From positions 1 to 63,879 of IMG/VR virus record IMGVR_UViG_3300044971_001666: a DNA stretch of 63,879 bases; one strand, 5' to 3'. The notes beneath the pieces were generated by a model, which saw only the letters and a program-made list of their open reading frames with translations, had not been told where the DNA came from and searched no databases. A program made the position numbers and the translations under genes. Origin of the DNA: a virus. Lineage: Duplodnaviria > Caudoviricetes. Positions 9,913-19,536 of this stretch are shown piece by piece. The first letter of the stretch is position 1; every line of letters starts with the position of its first letter.

Positions 9913-10476
9913 ATGGCAAAAGAATATCAAACAAATTACTTTGAAAACAAGTGGCACGCTAGAAGTAATATTAACGCAAAGAAATCAATTCGTACAGAAA
10001 TTGACCAAAACAGACTATTTATGTATGTGGTTCGCCACGCTATTAAATATCTGAAAGAAGTAAAAGGATATAAAAGTTTAGAAGCAATTTCCCAAGCGGG
10101 TTCAAATATTCCAAACTACAAAGTTCCAAGTGCAGCTTTTTTTAGTATGGCAATGGAAAACAGATTAGACTATTTGGTTTCAGAAATAGGAATTTTCAGA
10201 TTTTTTACCATGATGCAAGTGCCTATGATTGAGATTATGGGTGCAGCAGCAAAAGATTATGCCGAAGAATGTTTAATTAAATACAAATTTGTACTAGAGG
10301 GATATTCGCCAATAACAGAGTGTGAACAACCGATGCCACATATAGATTGGTTAGTTCAGCGAGGTTCAAATCCATTTATAAAGCAAGGTAGATTACATTA
10401 CAGCTATTATATGACACCTTTAAAAATAAAAGACCCCGATGCGGGCGCAATGCCAAGAACAAATTCAAACAAATAA
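9913..10476 (+). CDS. hypothetical protein
   Basis: 187 aa ORF directly after terminase. Confidence 0.7.
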   Translation: MAKEYQTNYFENKWHARSNINAKKSIRTEIDQNRLFMYVVRHAIKYLKEVKGYKSLEAISQAGSNIPNYKVPSAAFFSMAMENRLDYLVSEIGIFRFFTMMQVPMIEIMGAAAKDYAEECLIKYKFVLEGYSPITECEQPMPHIDWLVQRGSNPFIKQGRLHYSYYMTPLKIKDPDAGAMPRTNSNK

Positions 10477-10512
10477 CTTTGTAAAGAAATTTGTAAAGAA
10501 TAAAATAACAAT

Positions 10513-10520
10513 TATATTTG
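10513..10520 (+). promoter_or_regulatory. TAnnTTTG promoter element
   Basis: TATATTTG with TTTG upstream. Confidence 0.55.
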
Positions 10521-10581
10521 CAATACAGATTACCTCATAAGTTTAGCGACTTGTTTCCTGTTTTGTTATTTTCATCAAGAA

Positions 10582-10610
10582 GAGCCTACTAGAGATAGTG
10601 GGCTTTTTTT
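10582..10610 (+). terminator. intrinsic terminator
   Basis: AGCCTACTA-gaga-TAGTGGGCT followed by T-run. Confidence 0.8.
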
Positions 10611-10659
10611 GTGGATAATTATTTTAAAATAATACTTGCTTATAAAAGTATAATAGTGC

Positions 10660-10667
10660 TATATTTG
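10660..10667 (+). promoter_or_regulatory. TAnnTTTG promoter element
   Basis: TATATTTG 16 nt before ATG 10684, TTG about 20 nt upstream. Confidence 0.65.
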
Positions 10668-10683
10668 TACCCAATATACAGAT

Positions 10684-11355
10684 ATGTTAAAAACAAACAA
10701 TTTAATGCAGCGTGATTTTGATGGAGTTTCAATTTCACAAAGAACAAAAGATAGTTACTTTAATGCAACTGAACTTTTGAATGTTTACAATTCTAATTCC
10801 GACAAACAAAAAACAATAAAAGATTTTTGGGGCAACAAAGGAACAGATGATTTTATGACATCGCTTGTAAATCAGCTAAATAACGAAGCAAAATTAAATG
10901 GGGCTTTTTCCCCCTATTTAGAATCAGACCTATTTTCAGCAAAAAAAGGTAGGGGTGGACAAACTTATATGCACCCTTATTTATTTGTAAAGTTTGCAAT
11001 GTGGCTTAGTACAGATTTTGAAGTAAAGGTTATTAAATGGGTTTATGATAACCTAATTGATTTTAGAATACAAGCGGGCGACCATTATAAGGATATGTGC
11101 GCTACAATTCAAGAAAGATACAATGAATTTTATGGCAGTTCAAAAATAGACCCTTTGGTTTTCGCAAATGAAGCAACATATTTAAACGAACTTGTTTTTG
11201 GTTGCAATTCTACTAAAAGGAGAAACGATGCAACTGAAATAGAATTAGACCTTATGAATAAACTTCAATTAGCTAATATAAAGCTAATAAAAAGTGGGCT
11301 TGGCAAAGATAAAAGAAGAAATCAATTGCGAATATTCGCAGAACTATACAAATAA
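10684..11355 (+). CDS. KilA-N domain DNA-binding protein
   Basis: QRTKDSYFNATELL...GGQTYMHPYLFVKFAMWLSTDFEVKVIKW. Confidence 0.9.
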   Translation: MLKTNNLMQRDFDGVSISQRTKDSYFNATELLNVYNSNSDKQKTIKDFWGNKGTDDFMTSLVNQLNNEAKLNGAFSPYLESDLFSAKKGRGGQTYMHPYLFVKFAMWLSTDFEVKVIKWVYDNLIDFRIQAGDHYKDMCATIQERYNEFYGSSKIDPLVFANEATYLNELVFGCNSTKRRNDATEIELDLMNKLQLANIKLIKSGLGKDKRRNQLRIFAELYK

Positions 11356-11360
11356 AAATT

Positions 11361-11570
11361 ATGATAACAGAAAACGAAAGAATAGAATCTTTTGAGAAAG
11401 ATTTAGTAGAACTGCTTAAAAAGCATTGTGCAGAAATAACTTTGCTTGACACTAAAGGAAATGGTGATGAACAGCTTTATGTTATAATGGATATGGTTTA
11501 CGCCCCAAATAGCGATGAAATACTAAAAGAGTATGCTACAATCAATTATATTAAAGGAGTTAGACCATAA
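11361..11570 (+). CDS. hypothetical protein
   Basis: ORF in operon. Confidence 0.55.
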   Translation: MITENERIESFEKDLVELLKKHCAEITLLDTKGNGDEQLYVIMDMVYAPNSDEILKEYATINYIKGVRP

Positions 11571-11604
11571 ATAACAAACTAGGAATAGAAATAACAGAAT
11601 AGAT

Positions 11605-11904
11605 ATGGAAAATTACAGAATAATAGTAGAAACAGAATTAAGTGGAAAACAATGGTTTTATGTGCAAAAAAAATGTTTATTTGTTTTTTGGCAATATTTT
11701 TATGTGGTAAGAGGGTGTAAAATTGGTTATCAGAATTTAGAACAAGCAATTATATATATGAACAGCCTAATAGCAGAAAAAGAACAAGAAAAACAAAGAA
11801 GTGTTGTAAAAACAGAAGTTATAAAACTTGAAACGATTGAACTCCCTAGTGAGAATATGGATTATATTATTGGGATAGATTGTTATTTAGAAAAGGAAGA
11901 GTAA
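11605..11904 (+). CDS. hypothetical protein
   Basis: YRI...FYVQKK..F.FW small phage ORF. Confidence 0.6.
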   Translation: MENYRIIVETELSGKQWFYVQKKCLFVFWQYFYVVRGCKIGYQNLEQAIIYMNSLIAEKEQEKQRSVVKTEVIKLETIELPSENMDYIIGIDCYLEKEE

Positions 11905-11906
11905 CT

Positions 11907-12248
11907 ATGACTAGCAAAGTAAAACTTGAAAAAATACTATCATTCAAAAACGGAGTAAAAAAAGACGGTAAAGAATGGCAAGCATTAGAAGTATTTGTAT
12001 CATACGAAACCTACGGAAGAACAGTTGAAGTTATACTTAGTTTTAACGGTAAATCTGATATAGGTAGAGTACACCAATACCCAATTGGAACTATATTCAA
12101 TACTGAAATGATACCTAAAACCGTACTATACGAAAGCGGTAAATCCTTTACACAAGTATTTGGCTGGGGAAGTTTTACCGAAACAAACATAGAAAACTTC
12201 AACGACATACGAAGCAAAGAAATAGACAATCAATGGGCTACTCCATAA
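11907..12248 (+). CDS. DUF3127-like OB-fold/SSB-like protein (start moved to ATG 11907)
   Basis: G..KDGKEWQ...V..ET...FTQVFGW resembles 40007..40405. Confidence 0.45.
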   Translation: MTSKVKLEKILSFKNGVKKDGKEWQALEVFVSYETYGRTVEVILSFNGKSDIGRVHQYPIGTIFNTEMIPKTVLYESGKSFTQVFGWGSFTETNIENFNDIRSKEIDNQWATP

Positions 12249-12253
12249 CAACC

Positions 12254-12290
12254 AAAAACCCTTGCTAAAAATAGTGAGGGTTTTTCTTTT
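12254..12290 (+). terminator. intrinsic terminator
   Basis: AAAACCCTTGCTA-aaaa-TAGTGAGGGTTTTT. Confidence 0.75.
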
Positions 12291-12299
12291 AAGTTTATA

Positions 12300-12307
12300 T
12301 ATATTTG
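12300..12307 (+). promoter_or_regulatory. TAnnTTTG promoter element before portal
   Basis: TATATTTG 19 nt before start. Confidence 0.5.
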
Positions 12308-12326
12308 TAACATAAAAAACTAAATT

Positions 12327-14435
12327 GTGATTACGAATATTTCAAATTTAAAACCAAAAGACTTTGGAGTTGAAAAAGACAAAGCATGGTACGAGCAATA
12401 CGCAAGATATGTTGGTACAAAATACAATCACGCAATACCTCTTTTTTATAGTGTTGGAAATGTACCGACAGACCCTTTAAATAGACCTACTCAATGGGCT
12501 TCACGAACAATGAAGTTACTAGCATATTTGTTTGCGGAACAAAATAATGGTGTTTATGATTATATGTCAATGGATGAAAACAATAATCCATTACCTATAA
12601 AACTACTGAACACGAATATTATTTACACGTTAGTAAAGCATATTAACGGAACAATGGCGAGTAATATTTCTACTCTTCCCGATTCAATATTTGCTAGGTC
12701 GTTAGATAGTGATTACATATCATACAAGAAAACTCTATTCAATTTATCTAAGATGAAAATTGACTTCAACTATGTTTTTGAAAAAGCACAAGAGCAAGGA
12801 ATGGAGTTTTTGCCACTTGGCGACAAAGAATTTAAGAACGAAGAAGAACTTAGAAAATACCTAGAAGAAACCGTTCAGAATAAAATGGAGCGTTTCTTTA
12901 CCGCTTGGGCTAAAGATTGGCTATACAAAACAGACTACACTAATTGGGTAGCAGAATTGTTTAGATACTTAGTTCCTACCTACTTTAACCGAGTAGAATT
13001 ATATGTAGAAAATTGGAATGTAAAAGTAAAGGTTCACAAACCACAGAATTGTATTTGGGACAATAGCTTCGATGACGAGAACGGTAAGAAGCAAAGATTT
13101 CAAGGCGTTATCGAAGAATTTACAATACCCGCATTAAAAACAGCATATCCCGAACTTACAAAAGAACAGCTAGACCAATTAGACAGTTTATCTAAAGAAA
13201 ATACAAGTGGATTCAATCAATCTTATGGAACGACAGATAATATTGTATGGTATGACAAAAATCAGCAATCAGTATCAGTTTTAAAAGCAAGATGGATTAG
13301 TTTAGATAAAGAAAATGAAAGCACATGGTATCAATGCGACCTAATTGCTAACCTATTTGCTTTAAGATGCAAGCCATGTGAAAACATGACTAAAACAGCA
13401 CAAGGATATTTAGGCACACCATTTATTGACTTTATTCCCGACTTGATTAATGGTAGAAGCAGAAGTCCAGTAGATAGGTCAATGGATTTAGTGGATAAAA
13501 TTAGGGCTTACGAAGGTAAAATTGACTTAATGGTTCACAGAATAAAAGGTGCTGTAACAACATTATTTGCTGATAAAATCCCCGAAGGAATGGATGCAAT
13601 TAGTTTAGCGCAAGATATTAATAATGGTGTAGTAGTATTAGAAGGCGTTACGGGAGATGATTATTCTGAAAACGACAAAAGAACCTATGCTTTTAAAGTA
13701 GAACAGATTGGAATAGATTATAATTCGTACCAATCATTACGAGCAGAAGTAGAATTATTTAAAAACGAAATCAGAGATATTTTCAGCATTCCAAGAGTAG
13801 CACTAGGAAGCCAAAAAGGAATAATTGGACAAGGTGTTCAAGAAAATTCGATAGCGCAATCAACATTTGGTATCACCCCTCTTTATGATGGATTTGGACA
13901 ATACCTAAATACTATTATTCATGCAGCTTGTGAGATTAGAAAAAACCTAATTTTAATAGCCGAAGATACAGACGAAATGCGAGAAACATTACGAATTACT
14001 AAGCGTGAGTACGACATTTTTGAGTTGACAAAAGACATGGCATTGGTAGATTTAAATGTTTACCTAGATAATAAAGATGCTATTACTGAAAAACAACGTG
14101 CCGAATACTTAATAATATTTGAAAGAGAAGCGTCAATCCCTAACAGTTTTGTAGATGCCGAAGTAGCAGCCGAAGCAATGGCAGCACAAACAAATACTGA
14201 AATGCGAAACATATTAAGGTATAAGAAACGTATTTGGGAAGAAAAACAAGCAGCAGCAGCCAAAGCACAGCAAGAAGCAGCATCACAACAAGCGCAAATG
14301 CAACAAGCAGCAATGCAACAAATGACACAAACTCAAAATGCGGGTAAATTAGCTAATACGCAAATGAAAGGCGACATAGACTTAGAGAAAACCGCAATGG
14401 AAATACAAGCGGATAATATGCAACCAACTCAATAG
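12327..14435 (+). CDS. portal protein
   Basis: 702 aa helical protein between terminase and scaffold/capsid, with Gln-rich C-terminal barrel typical of podovirus portals. Confidence 0.8.
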   Translation: MITNISNLKPKDFGVEKDKAWYEQYARYVGTKYNHAIPLFYSVGNVPTDPLNRPTQWASRTMKLLAYLFAEQNNGVYDYMSMDENNNPLPIKLLNTNIIYTLVKHINGTMASNISTLPDSIFARSLDSDYISYKKTLFNLSKMKIDFNYVFEKAQEQGMEFLPLGDKEFKNEEELRKYLEETVQNKMERFFTAWAKDWLYKTDYTNWVAELFRYLVPTYFNRVELYVENWNVKVKVHKPQNCIWDNSFDDENGKKQRFQGVIEEFTIPALKTAYPELTKEQLDQLDSLSKENTSGFNQSYGTTDNIVWYDKNQQSVSVLKARWISLDKENESTWYQCDLIANLFALRCKPCENMTKTAQGYLGTPFIDFIPDLINGRSRSPVDRSMDLVDKIRAYEGKIDLMVHRIKGAVTTLFADKIPEGMDAISLAQDINNGVVVLEGVTGDDYSENDKRTYAFKVEQIGIDYNSYQSLRAEVELFKNEIRDIFSIPRVALGSQKGIIGQGVQENSIAQSTFGITPLYDGFGQYLNTIIHAACEIRKNLILIAEDTDEMRETLRITKREYDIFELTKDMALVDLNVYLDNKDAITEKQRAEYLIIFEREASIPNSFVDAEVAAEAMAAQTNTEMRNILRYKKRIWEEKQAAAAKAQQEAASQQAQMQQAAMQQMTQTQNAGKLANTQMKGDIDLEKTAMEIQADNMQPTQ

Positions 14436-14436
14436 A

Positions 14437-14470
14437 AAAAAGCCCTAGTTATAATTAGCTAGGGCTTTTT
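14437..14470. terminator. bidirectional intrinsic terminator
   Basis: AAAAAGCCCTAGTTA-taat-TAGCTAGGGCTTTTT between convergent genes. Confidence 0.85.
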
Positions 14471-14588
14471 GTTTCTAAGTGAAGACACTAAAGTGTGAAT
14501 CGTTTTAAACGAATTAGCATTATTTTTTTCTAACACCTTTCTGTAAAACTCTTTTTCTTCTTCGGTAGGAGTGTATTTCGGTTTTACG

Positions 14589-14993
14589 TCAGTCCACTTT
14601 ATTGTTTTCTTTTCCATTTTCTTTATCAATAAACTCGTTTATCTTATCTTTTAAATTTTCAACTTCAACAGCACCTCTACCGTAATCCCCACGCATTGTA
14701 AATCCATTATTTCCATTAAGGTAAATTGATTTGCTTCGGGCATCAAAAGCATCAAAGATACAAAGGTGTGTTTCGGCATTAGGTTTTATCTTTCGTTTTG
14801 GTAGCGCAGCAATAAATAGAGTATTCCTATCATAGCCTTTTTCTTTAACCATTTCGTTCAATACACTCATATCTAATTTGATTTGAGCGCATACTCCCAT
14901 ACCGTTTTGAATAAGGCGAACATAAATGCCATGTGCTATTTCCCACTTCTTAGGGTCAAAGGTTGGGTCAAACTTTTCTTCGTTATTTTCCAT
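14589..14993 (-). CDS. hypothetical protein
   Basis: ORF (likely ATG 14993) coupled to upstream small ORF. Confidence 0.6.
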   Translation of the reverse strand: MENNEEKFDPTFDPKKWEIAHGIYVRLIQNGMGVCAQIKLDMSVLNEMVKEKGYDRNTLFIAALPKRKIKPNAETHLCIFDAFDARSKSIYLNGNNGFTMRGDYGRGAVEVENLKDKINEFIDKENGKENNKVD

Positions 14994-15156
14994 CTGTATC
15001 AATGAATTTTTTAACAGCCATAATTATAAACTGACTTTGCGAAGTACATCCCATGTCTTTCATTTTTTTCCAAGCCTTACTTGATAAGTCGGCAGCAAAA
15101 TAAGAGTGCCACGAAAAAAGGTGCGTTCTTTTTGGTAGTGATTTTTTTAGTTCCAT
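14983..15156 (-). CDS. small ribbon-helix-helix-like protein (not in ORF track)
   Basis: manual translation MELKKSLPKRTHLFSWHSYFAADLSSKAWKKMKDMGCTSQSQFIIMAVKKFIDTDGK; TATATTTG on - strand at 15161-15168. Confidence 0.55.
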   Translation of the reverse strand: MELKKSLPKRTHLFSWHSYFAADLSSKAWKKMKDMGCTSQSQFIIMAVKKFIDTDGK

Positions 15157-15229
15157 GATGCAAATATAAGTAGTTTATGATAAACTACAATACACTACAA
15201 TAAATATATTTTAATTTATAGTATTAATT

Positions 15230-16270
15230 TTGAATCAAGAAAATGTTCTAACTATGACAGAAAATACACAAGAAGGCGATAAATCAGCCTTAGACACGCT
15301 AATTGAAGCACACACAATTTCGGAAAACGAAACCCCCGAAACTACCGAAACACCTACTCCGCAAGAAAACGTAGAAACCAAAGAAATTATTGAAGAAAAG
15401 CCTTTAGCTGAAAAGCCTAAAGAAACTAAGGTTGAAGAAAAAAAGCCTACCGAAAAGACAATTTTTGATGTATTCCAAGAGGATAAATCAGAAAAAAAAG
15501 AAGTAGAAATTGATTACAAAAAGCTGTATGAGGAAACTCAAAGCAAGTTAAAAAAGTTCGATAACCCAGTTATTGATAGTTTAGCCGAAGTAATGAATGA
15601 CCCTAACTTTGACGTAGAAAAGTTCTTTGAGAATTATAAGCCAAAAGATTTTAAGGATATTCCCTTAGAAGACTTATGGAAAATGAAAACAAAATCAGAT
15701 TCAAATTCAGACTTTACTGACGAAGAATTAGACGAATTGTGGAAAGAAGAATTTTACGCAATTTCAGATAGTTCGGCAAAGCAAAAGATGTTAAAAGATA
15801 AGCTGATTAGTGAGTTAAAGCCAAAGGTAGATTTAGGTAAAGAACCCGAATATATTACAGGTTTGAAACAATCGGCAGCCGAAAGAAGAAAAGCAGAGCA
15901 AGAAAACGCTGAAAGAGTGAATAGTATAGTGGAAAGCACAATGGCAAGTGTTGATAAGTTTTTAGGATTGACTGTGATAGGTGATTTAAAAGTAACACCA
16001 GAACACGTTCAAGCAATGAAAGCAGCACTTGACCCAAAGAGTAACCACTATTTAAATGAAGATGGCACATTTAATCAAAACAAGATTGCACAAGAAAGAA
16101 TGTTTGCGATTTTGATGCCTGATATTTTGGAGCAACACGAAAAGATTGTTAAAGCGAATACCAAGAAAGAAGTATTCAGACCAAATGCAAATGAAAGTAA
16201 CGAAAACTTTCAGCAAGACAGTACAGACGAAGGGCAAAAAATGTATGATGCCCTAATTCCAAAAAATTAA
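15230..16270 (+). CDS. capsid scaffolding protein
   Basis: acidic Glu/Lys-rich helical protein directly before the capsid gene. Confidence 0.65.
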   Translation: MNQENVLTMTENTQEGDKSALDTLIEAHTISENETPETTETPTPQENVETKEIIEEKPLAEKPKETKVEEKKPTEKTIFDVFQEDKSEKKEVEIDYKKLYEETQSKLKKFDNPVIDSLAEVMNDPNFDVEKFFENYKPKDFKDIPLEDLWKMKTKSDSNSDFTDEELDELWKEEFYAISDSSAKQKMLKDKLISELKPKVDLGKEPEYITGLKQSAAERRKAEQENAERVNSIVESTMASVDKFLGLTVIGDLKVTPEHVQAMKAALDPKSNHYLNEDGTFNQNKIAQERMFAILMPDILEQHEKIVKANTKKEVFRPNANESNENFQQDSTDEGQKMYDALIPKN

Positions 16271-16293
16271 TCAACTATAAAAAAAACCAAAAA

Positions 16294-17622
16294 ATGTCAA
16301 ATCCAAAAATCTATGCCCCAAGCGGGCAAAACATTTTAAATGTAATTGAAAGCACAAACGTAGGCAAACGATTCGTTGAGCCATTCGTTATTGAGCAGTT
16401 CAAGCAATTCCACACTATATCGAAGATTGCTTCGGTTTTAGGTAGCCCCGAAGCTACAAAAAGTGGTAAAAGAAAAGTAGAAATTCCACAACAAGGAAAC
16501 ACATATCCTGTTGCTGCAATTGCTCAAAGAAGTTTAAGTGGTGTTATTTTGACTTTAACATGGTCAGACCCACAAGCTACTCCATTTAGACTTGACGAAG
16601 CTGTTGAGTTTGAAAGCGGAACTGTTGCAATTTGTAATGGTACAATCGAAGGAACAGCAACATTCTTACATCAATCATCAGTAGATGGTAGCACATCATT
16701 TGCTGCAACAGACGCAGTAGCGGGTGAAGAAGTAAGTTCAAGAGGTGTTCAAGTTAAGCAAGGTTCAACTAAAATTGGAACAGAACGTAAGATTGCAGAG
16801 TTCGCAATGAACTACAACTACATTCCCGAAACTGTTGAAACAGGTGCATTTAACTATGCAGAGGTTACAGAAGACGATATTACCTACTTAGAAAAAGGCT
16901 ATTTCGTACACGCTCAAGTTTATGGTGCAATGCAAAGAGCAGCAGAAAGTTTCGCAGTAAACCAATACGCTTCACAACGTAGTTATAAAAATGATATTTA
17001 TATGGCTGCGGGTTTTGAACAACAAATTGGTTTAGGTGGCGGTGTTGTAGATTACTACACAGGCGATTTAAGCGAAAATGTTTTGACTTCGTTCATTGAC
17101 AAGTTGAAAGCAAACGGTGGTGGTTCAAGTAAATTTGCTGTATTAGCAGGTTTTGATGCAATCGGAATGTTCCAAAGATTTGTAGGTCGTGCTTTGTTAT
17201 TATACACAGGTAAAGACAATACAATCGGTGGAATGACTGTAAAAGGTATCAATGTTTACCATTTTGCTTACAACGGAATCGAAATTGATTTAATTGAAGA
17301 GCCAATGTTCTCAAATCAAAATATGTTTACTGTGTCAAGTGCTGCTTCGGTTGCAAACAGACAAGCAAGAAAAATGTTTTGGTTTAGCTTAGAGCCAGTT
17401 ACTTTAGCTAATGGCAAAGGAACTGTACCATTCTTAAAATCATACAAGTATGGTGAAATGGGAATGGAAATGATGGTTTTTCAAGGTATCATCAACAAAG
17501 ACGGTGCATTAGATATCAAAAATGCGAAAACAGAATCGAAAGAAACTCGTGTTCACATGATGTATAACAAAATGTTCCAATTAATGAACGCTTCTCAATG
17601 TGGGGTACTAATCGGTAACTAA
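16294..17622 (+). CDS. major capsid protein
   Basis: 442 aa, position after portal and scaffold, composition; no search performed. Confidence 0.75.
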   Translation: MSNPKIYAPSGQNILNVIESTNVGKRFVEPFVIEQFKQFHTISKIASVLGSPEATKSGKRKVEIPQQGNTYPVAAIAQRSLSGVILTLTWSDPQATPFRLDEAVEFESGTVAICNGTIEGTATFLHQSSVDGSTSFAATDAVAGEEVSSRGVQVKQGSTKIGTERKIAEFAMNYNYIPETVETGAFNYAEVTEDDITYLEKGYFVHAQVYGAMQRAAESFAVNQYASQRSYKNDIYMAAGFEQQIGLGGGVVDYYTGDLSENVLTSFIDKLKANGGGSSKFAVLAGFDAIGMFQRFVGRALLLYTGKDNTIGGMTVKGINVYHFAYNGIEIDLIEEPMFSNQNMFTVSSAASVANRQARKMFWFSLEPVTLANGKGTVPFLKSYKYGEMGMEMMVFQGIINKDGALDIKNAKTESKETRVHMMYNKMFQLMNASQCGVLIGN

Positions 17623-17654
17623 TTTTAAACAATTAAAAAAAATAAATAAATAAA

Positions 17655-18932
17655 ATGAATTTAGTATATAATACAATTAGTGCCAATGGCGCAGATGTAA
17701 GCATAAACGGGAAGATTATTACCGTTTCAAATGCAGCAGATGGAACAAGTGCTACGTTTAACGCAGCAGGGCTTCCTAGCATAATTAAAAGACAACGTAA
17801 AGTAACAGGCGTAAGCAGAGTAGTTACTTTAACACCAACAGCAGCAGCAGCAAAAGTTTACACTGTAAAAATCAGAGCAACAAATGTTCTTGACGGTGGA
17901 ACTCAAGTATTCTCGTACAGCTATGCTTCTGATTTAGTAACTGCGCCAAGTGCAACTGTAATTTGTACTGCCTTAGAAGCAGCTATTAATGCAGACACTA
18001 GAATCTCGGTTACAGCAAGTGGCACAGCTACTTTGATTTTAACGGGTGATGTTGGATATTGGGATTTCAGTGTTCAATCAGTAGGAACAGGCGTATTAAC
18101 TGCAACAGTTGATGGCGGTTCGGTAACAAGTGGTTGGATTGCAAATACAATTCAAGTAGCAACAGGTACGCCAACAGATGCAGCGACTTCTTATACTGTT
18201 AAAATAGTAATGGATAACGCCTTGACGGGAGTTTCTCAAGAAGAATTTTTCTATACTGCACCTCAAGTAACAGACGCAACAGGAACAGTAACAGCCTTAA
18301 AAGCATTAATTAATGCAGATACAAGGTCAACTGTAACAGCAAGCGGTACTGCTACTTTAATTTTAACAGCTAAAAGTGGTTACTATACTTTCACTCCAAC
18401 AAGTGTAGGTGTAGGCACAATAACTTGGGCTGCCACAACAGCAACCGAAGCAGCAGTAATTGGTCAAGGATTAGGTTCTTACTTAATCAATAGCCAATTT
18501 AACGATAGTAACATTGTATCGGGTACAAGCTACACTTCGTTCTTTATTCCAATTGAAACAGAAAAAGCATTAGGCGGTAATGATTTGAAAAAACAAACAT
18601 TATTCTTATCAATATTTGTTTCAGAAAGTGCAACAAATTACGAAAGTTTTGCGGGTGCATACGGGACATTGACACAAGCAGTACAAGGTATCAATGCAAC
18701 ATGGGCAGCAGCAGCAGGAACAGCAGCAGTAACCACAATTACAGGCGCAATTGCTTTAGCGGGCGGTAGCACATTTGGTGGCGAGAACATAAGAACAGGA
18801 GATGTTATTTACTACACAGCGGGAACTTACTACCCTGTGGAAGCAATAACAACTACCTTAGCGGGTGTTTCTGCTAACAAAGTAGCGGTAACAGCAGCAG
18901 CGTTTAGCAAAGTGTTGTTACGCAGAATTTAA
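17655..18932 (+). CDS. auxiliary capsid/decoration protein with internal duplication
   Basis: Ala/Thr-rich; repeat ALEAAINADTRISVTASGTATLILT / ALKALINADTRSTVTASGTATLILT. Confidence 0.6.
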   Translation: MNLVYNTISANGADVSINGKIITVSNAADGTSATFNAAGLPSIIKRQRKVTGVSRVVTLTPTAAAAKVYTVKIRATNVLDGGTQVFSYSYASDLVTAPSATVICTALEAAINADTRISVTASGTATLILTGDVGYWDFSVQSVGTGVLTATVDGGSVTSGWIANTIQVATGTPTDAATSYTVKIVMDNALTGVSQEEFFYTAPQVTDATGTVTALKALINADTRSTVTASGTATLILTAKSGYYTFTPTSVGVGTITWAATTATEAAVIGQGLGSYLINSQFNDSNIVSGTSYTSFFIPIETEKALGGNDLKKQTLFLSIFVSESATNYESFAGAYGTLTQAVQGINATWAAAAGTAAVTTITGAIALAGGSTFGGENIRTGDVIYYTAGTYYPVEAITTTLAGVSANKVAVTAAAFSKVLLRRI

Positions 18933-18960
18933 GAAGTTTTCTTTCATAGGTTCATAGATT

Positions 18961-18992
18961 AAAAGCTGTTCAGAAATGGGCAGCTTTTTTTT
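18961..18992 (+). terminator. intrinsic terminator after capsid genes
   Basis: AAAAGCTGTTCA-gaaa-TGGGCAGCTTTTTTT. Confidence 0.85.
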
Positions 18993-19031
18993 GTGAAAAA
19001 ATGTGTTACTTTTGAAGAAAGAAATAACACT

Positions 19032-19520
19032 ATGAAAAAAATACACAAAGAACTTTGCGACAATTGGTTTGAAACCATAAAAGAATGTTATGTTGGCGAT
19101 GATGATTTAATTAACAAATATCATATTTTAGCCCCAACAACAATTGAACTTGCCACAGCAAACACAGTACAAGTACTTGTAAATGCGGGTATGACAAACA
19201 AATATACTTTGTATTCAGTATTTTGGAAAGGCGAGTTAATGGGGTATTACGGAATAGAAATAGCAGTAGTAGCGCAAGGTAAAGTTCCGATGCTAACAGG
19301 CTTTTGTATAAAAAAACAATTCAGAAGCAAAGAAATGAAGAAAAAGTTTTTCGATATAGTTCGTGAGCATTTTGTAGAGAAAAGAATACTCACAGCAATC
19401 TACGATAAAAATACTAGAGCATTAAGTTTTATTAGTAAAAACGGTGGCGAAGTAATACACAAAGCAAACCTTTTAGTAGATGGAATTGGGTACGCTGATT
19501 TTCACTTGGTAACATTCTAA
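19032..19520 (+). CDS. GNAT-fold acetyltransferase-like protein
   Basis: FCIKKQFRSK and NTRALSFISKNGG motifs; TACTTTTG at 19007-19014 favours ATG 19032. Confidence 0.55.
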   Translation: MKKIHKELCDNWFETIKECYVGDDDLINKYHILAPTTIELATANTVQVLVNAGMTNKYTLYSVFWKGELMGYYGIEIAVVAQGKVPMLTGFCIKKQFRSKEMKKKFFDIVREHFVEKRILTAIYDKNTRALSFISKNGGEVIHKANLLVDGIGYADFHLVTF

Positions 19521-19536
19521 AAATAAATATTGAATA

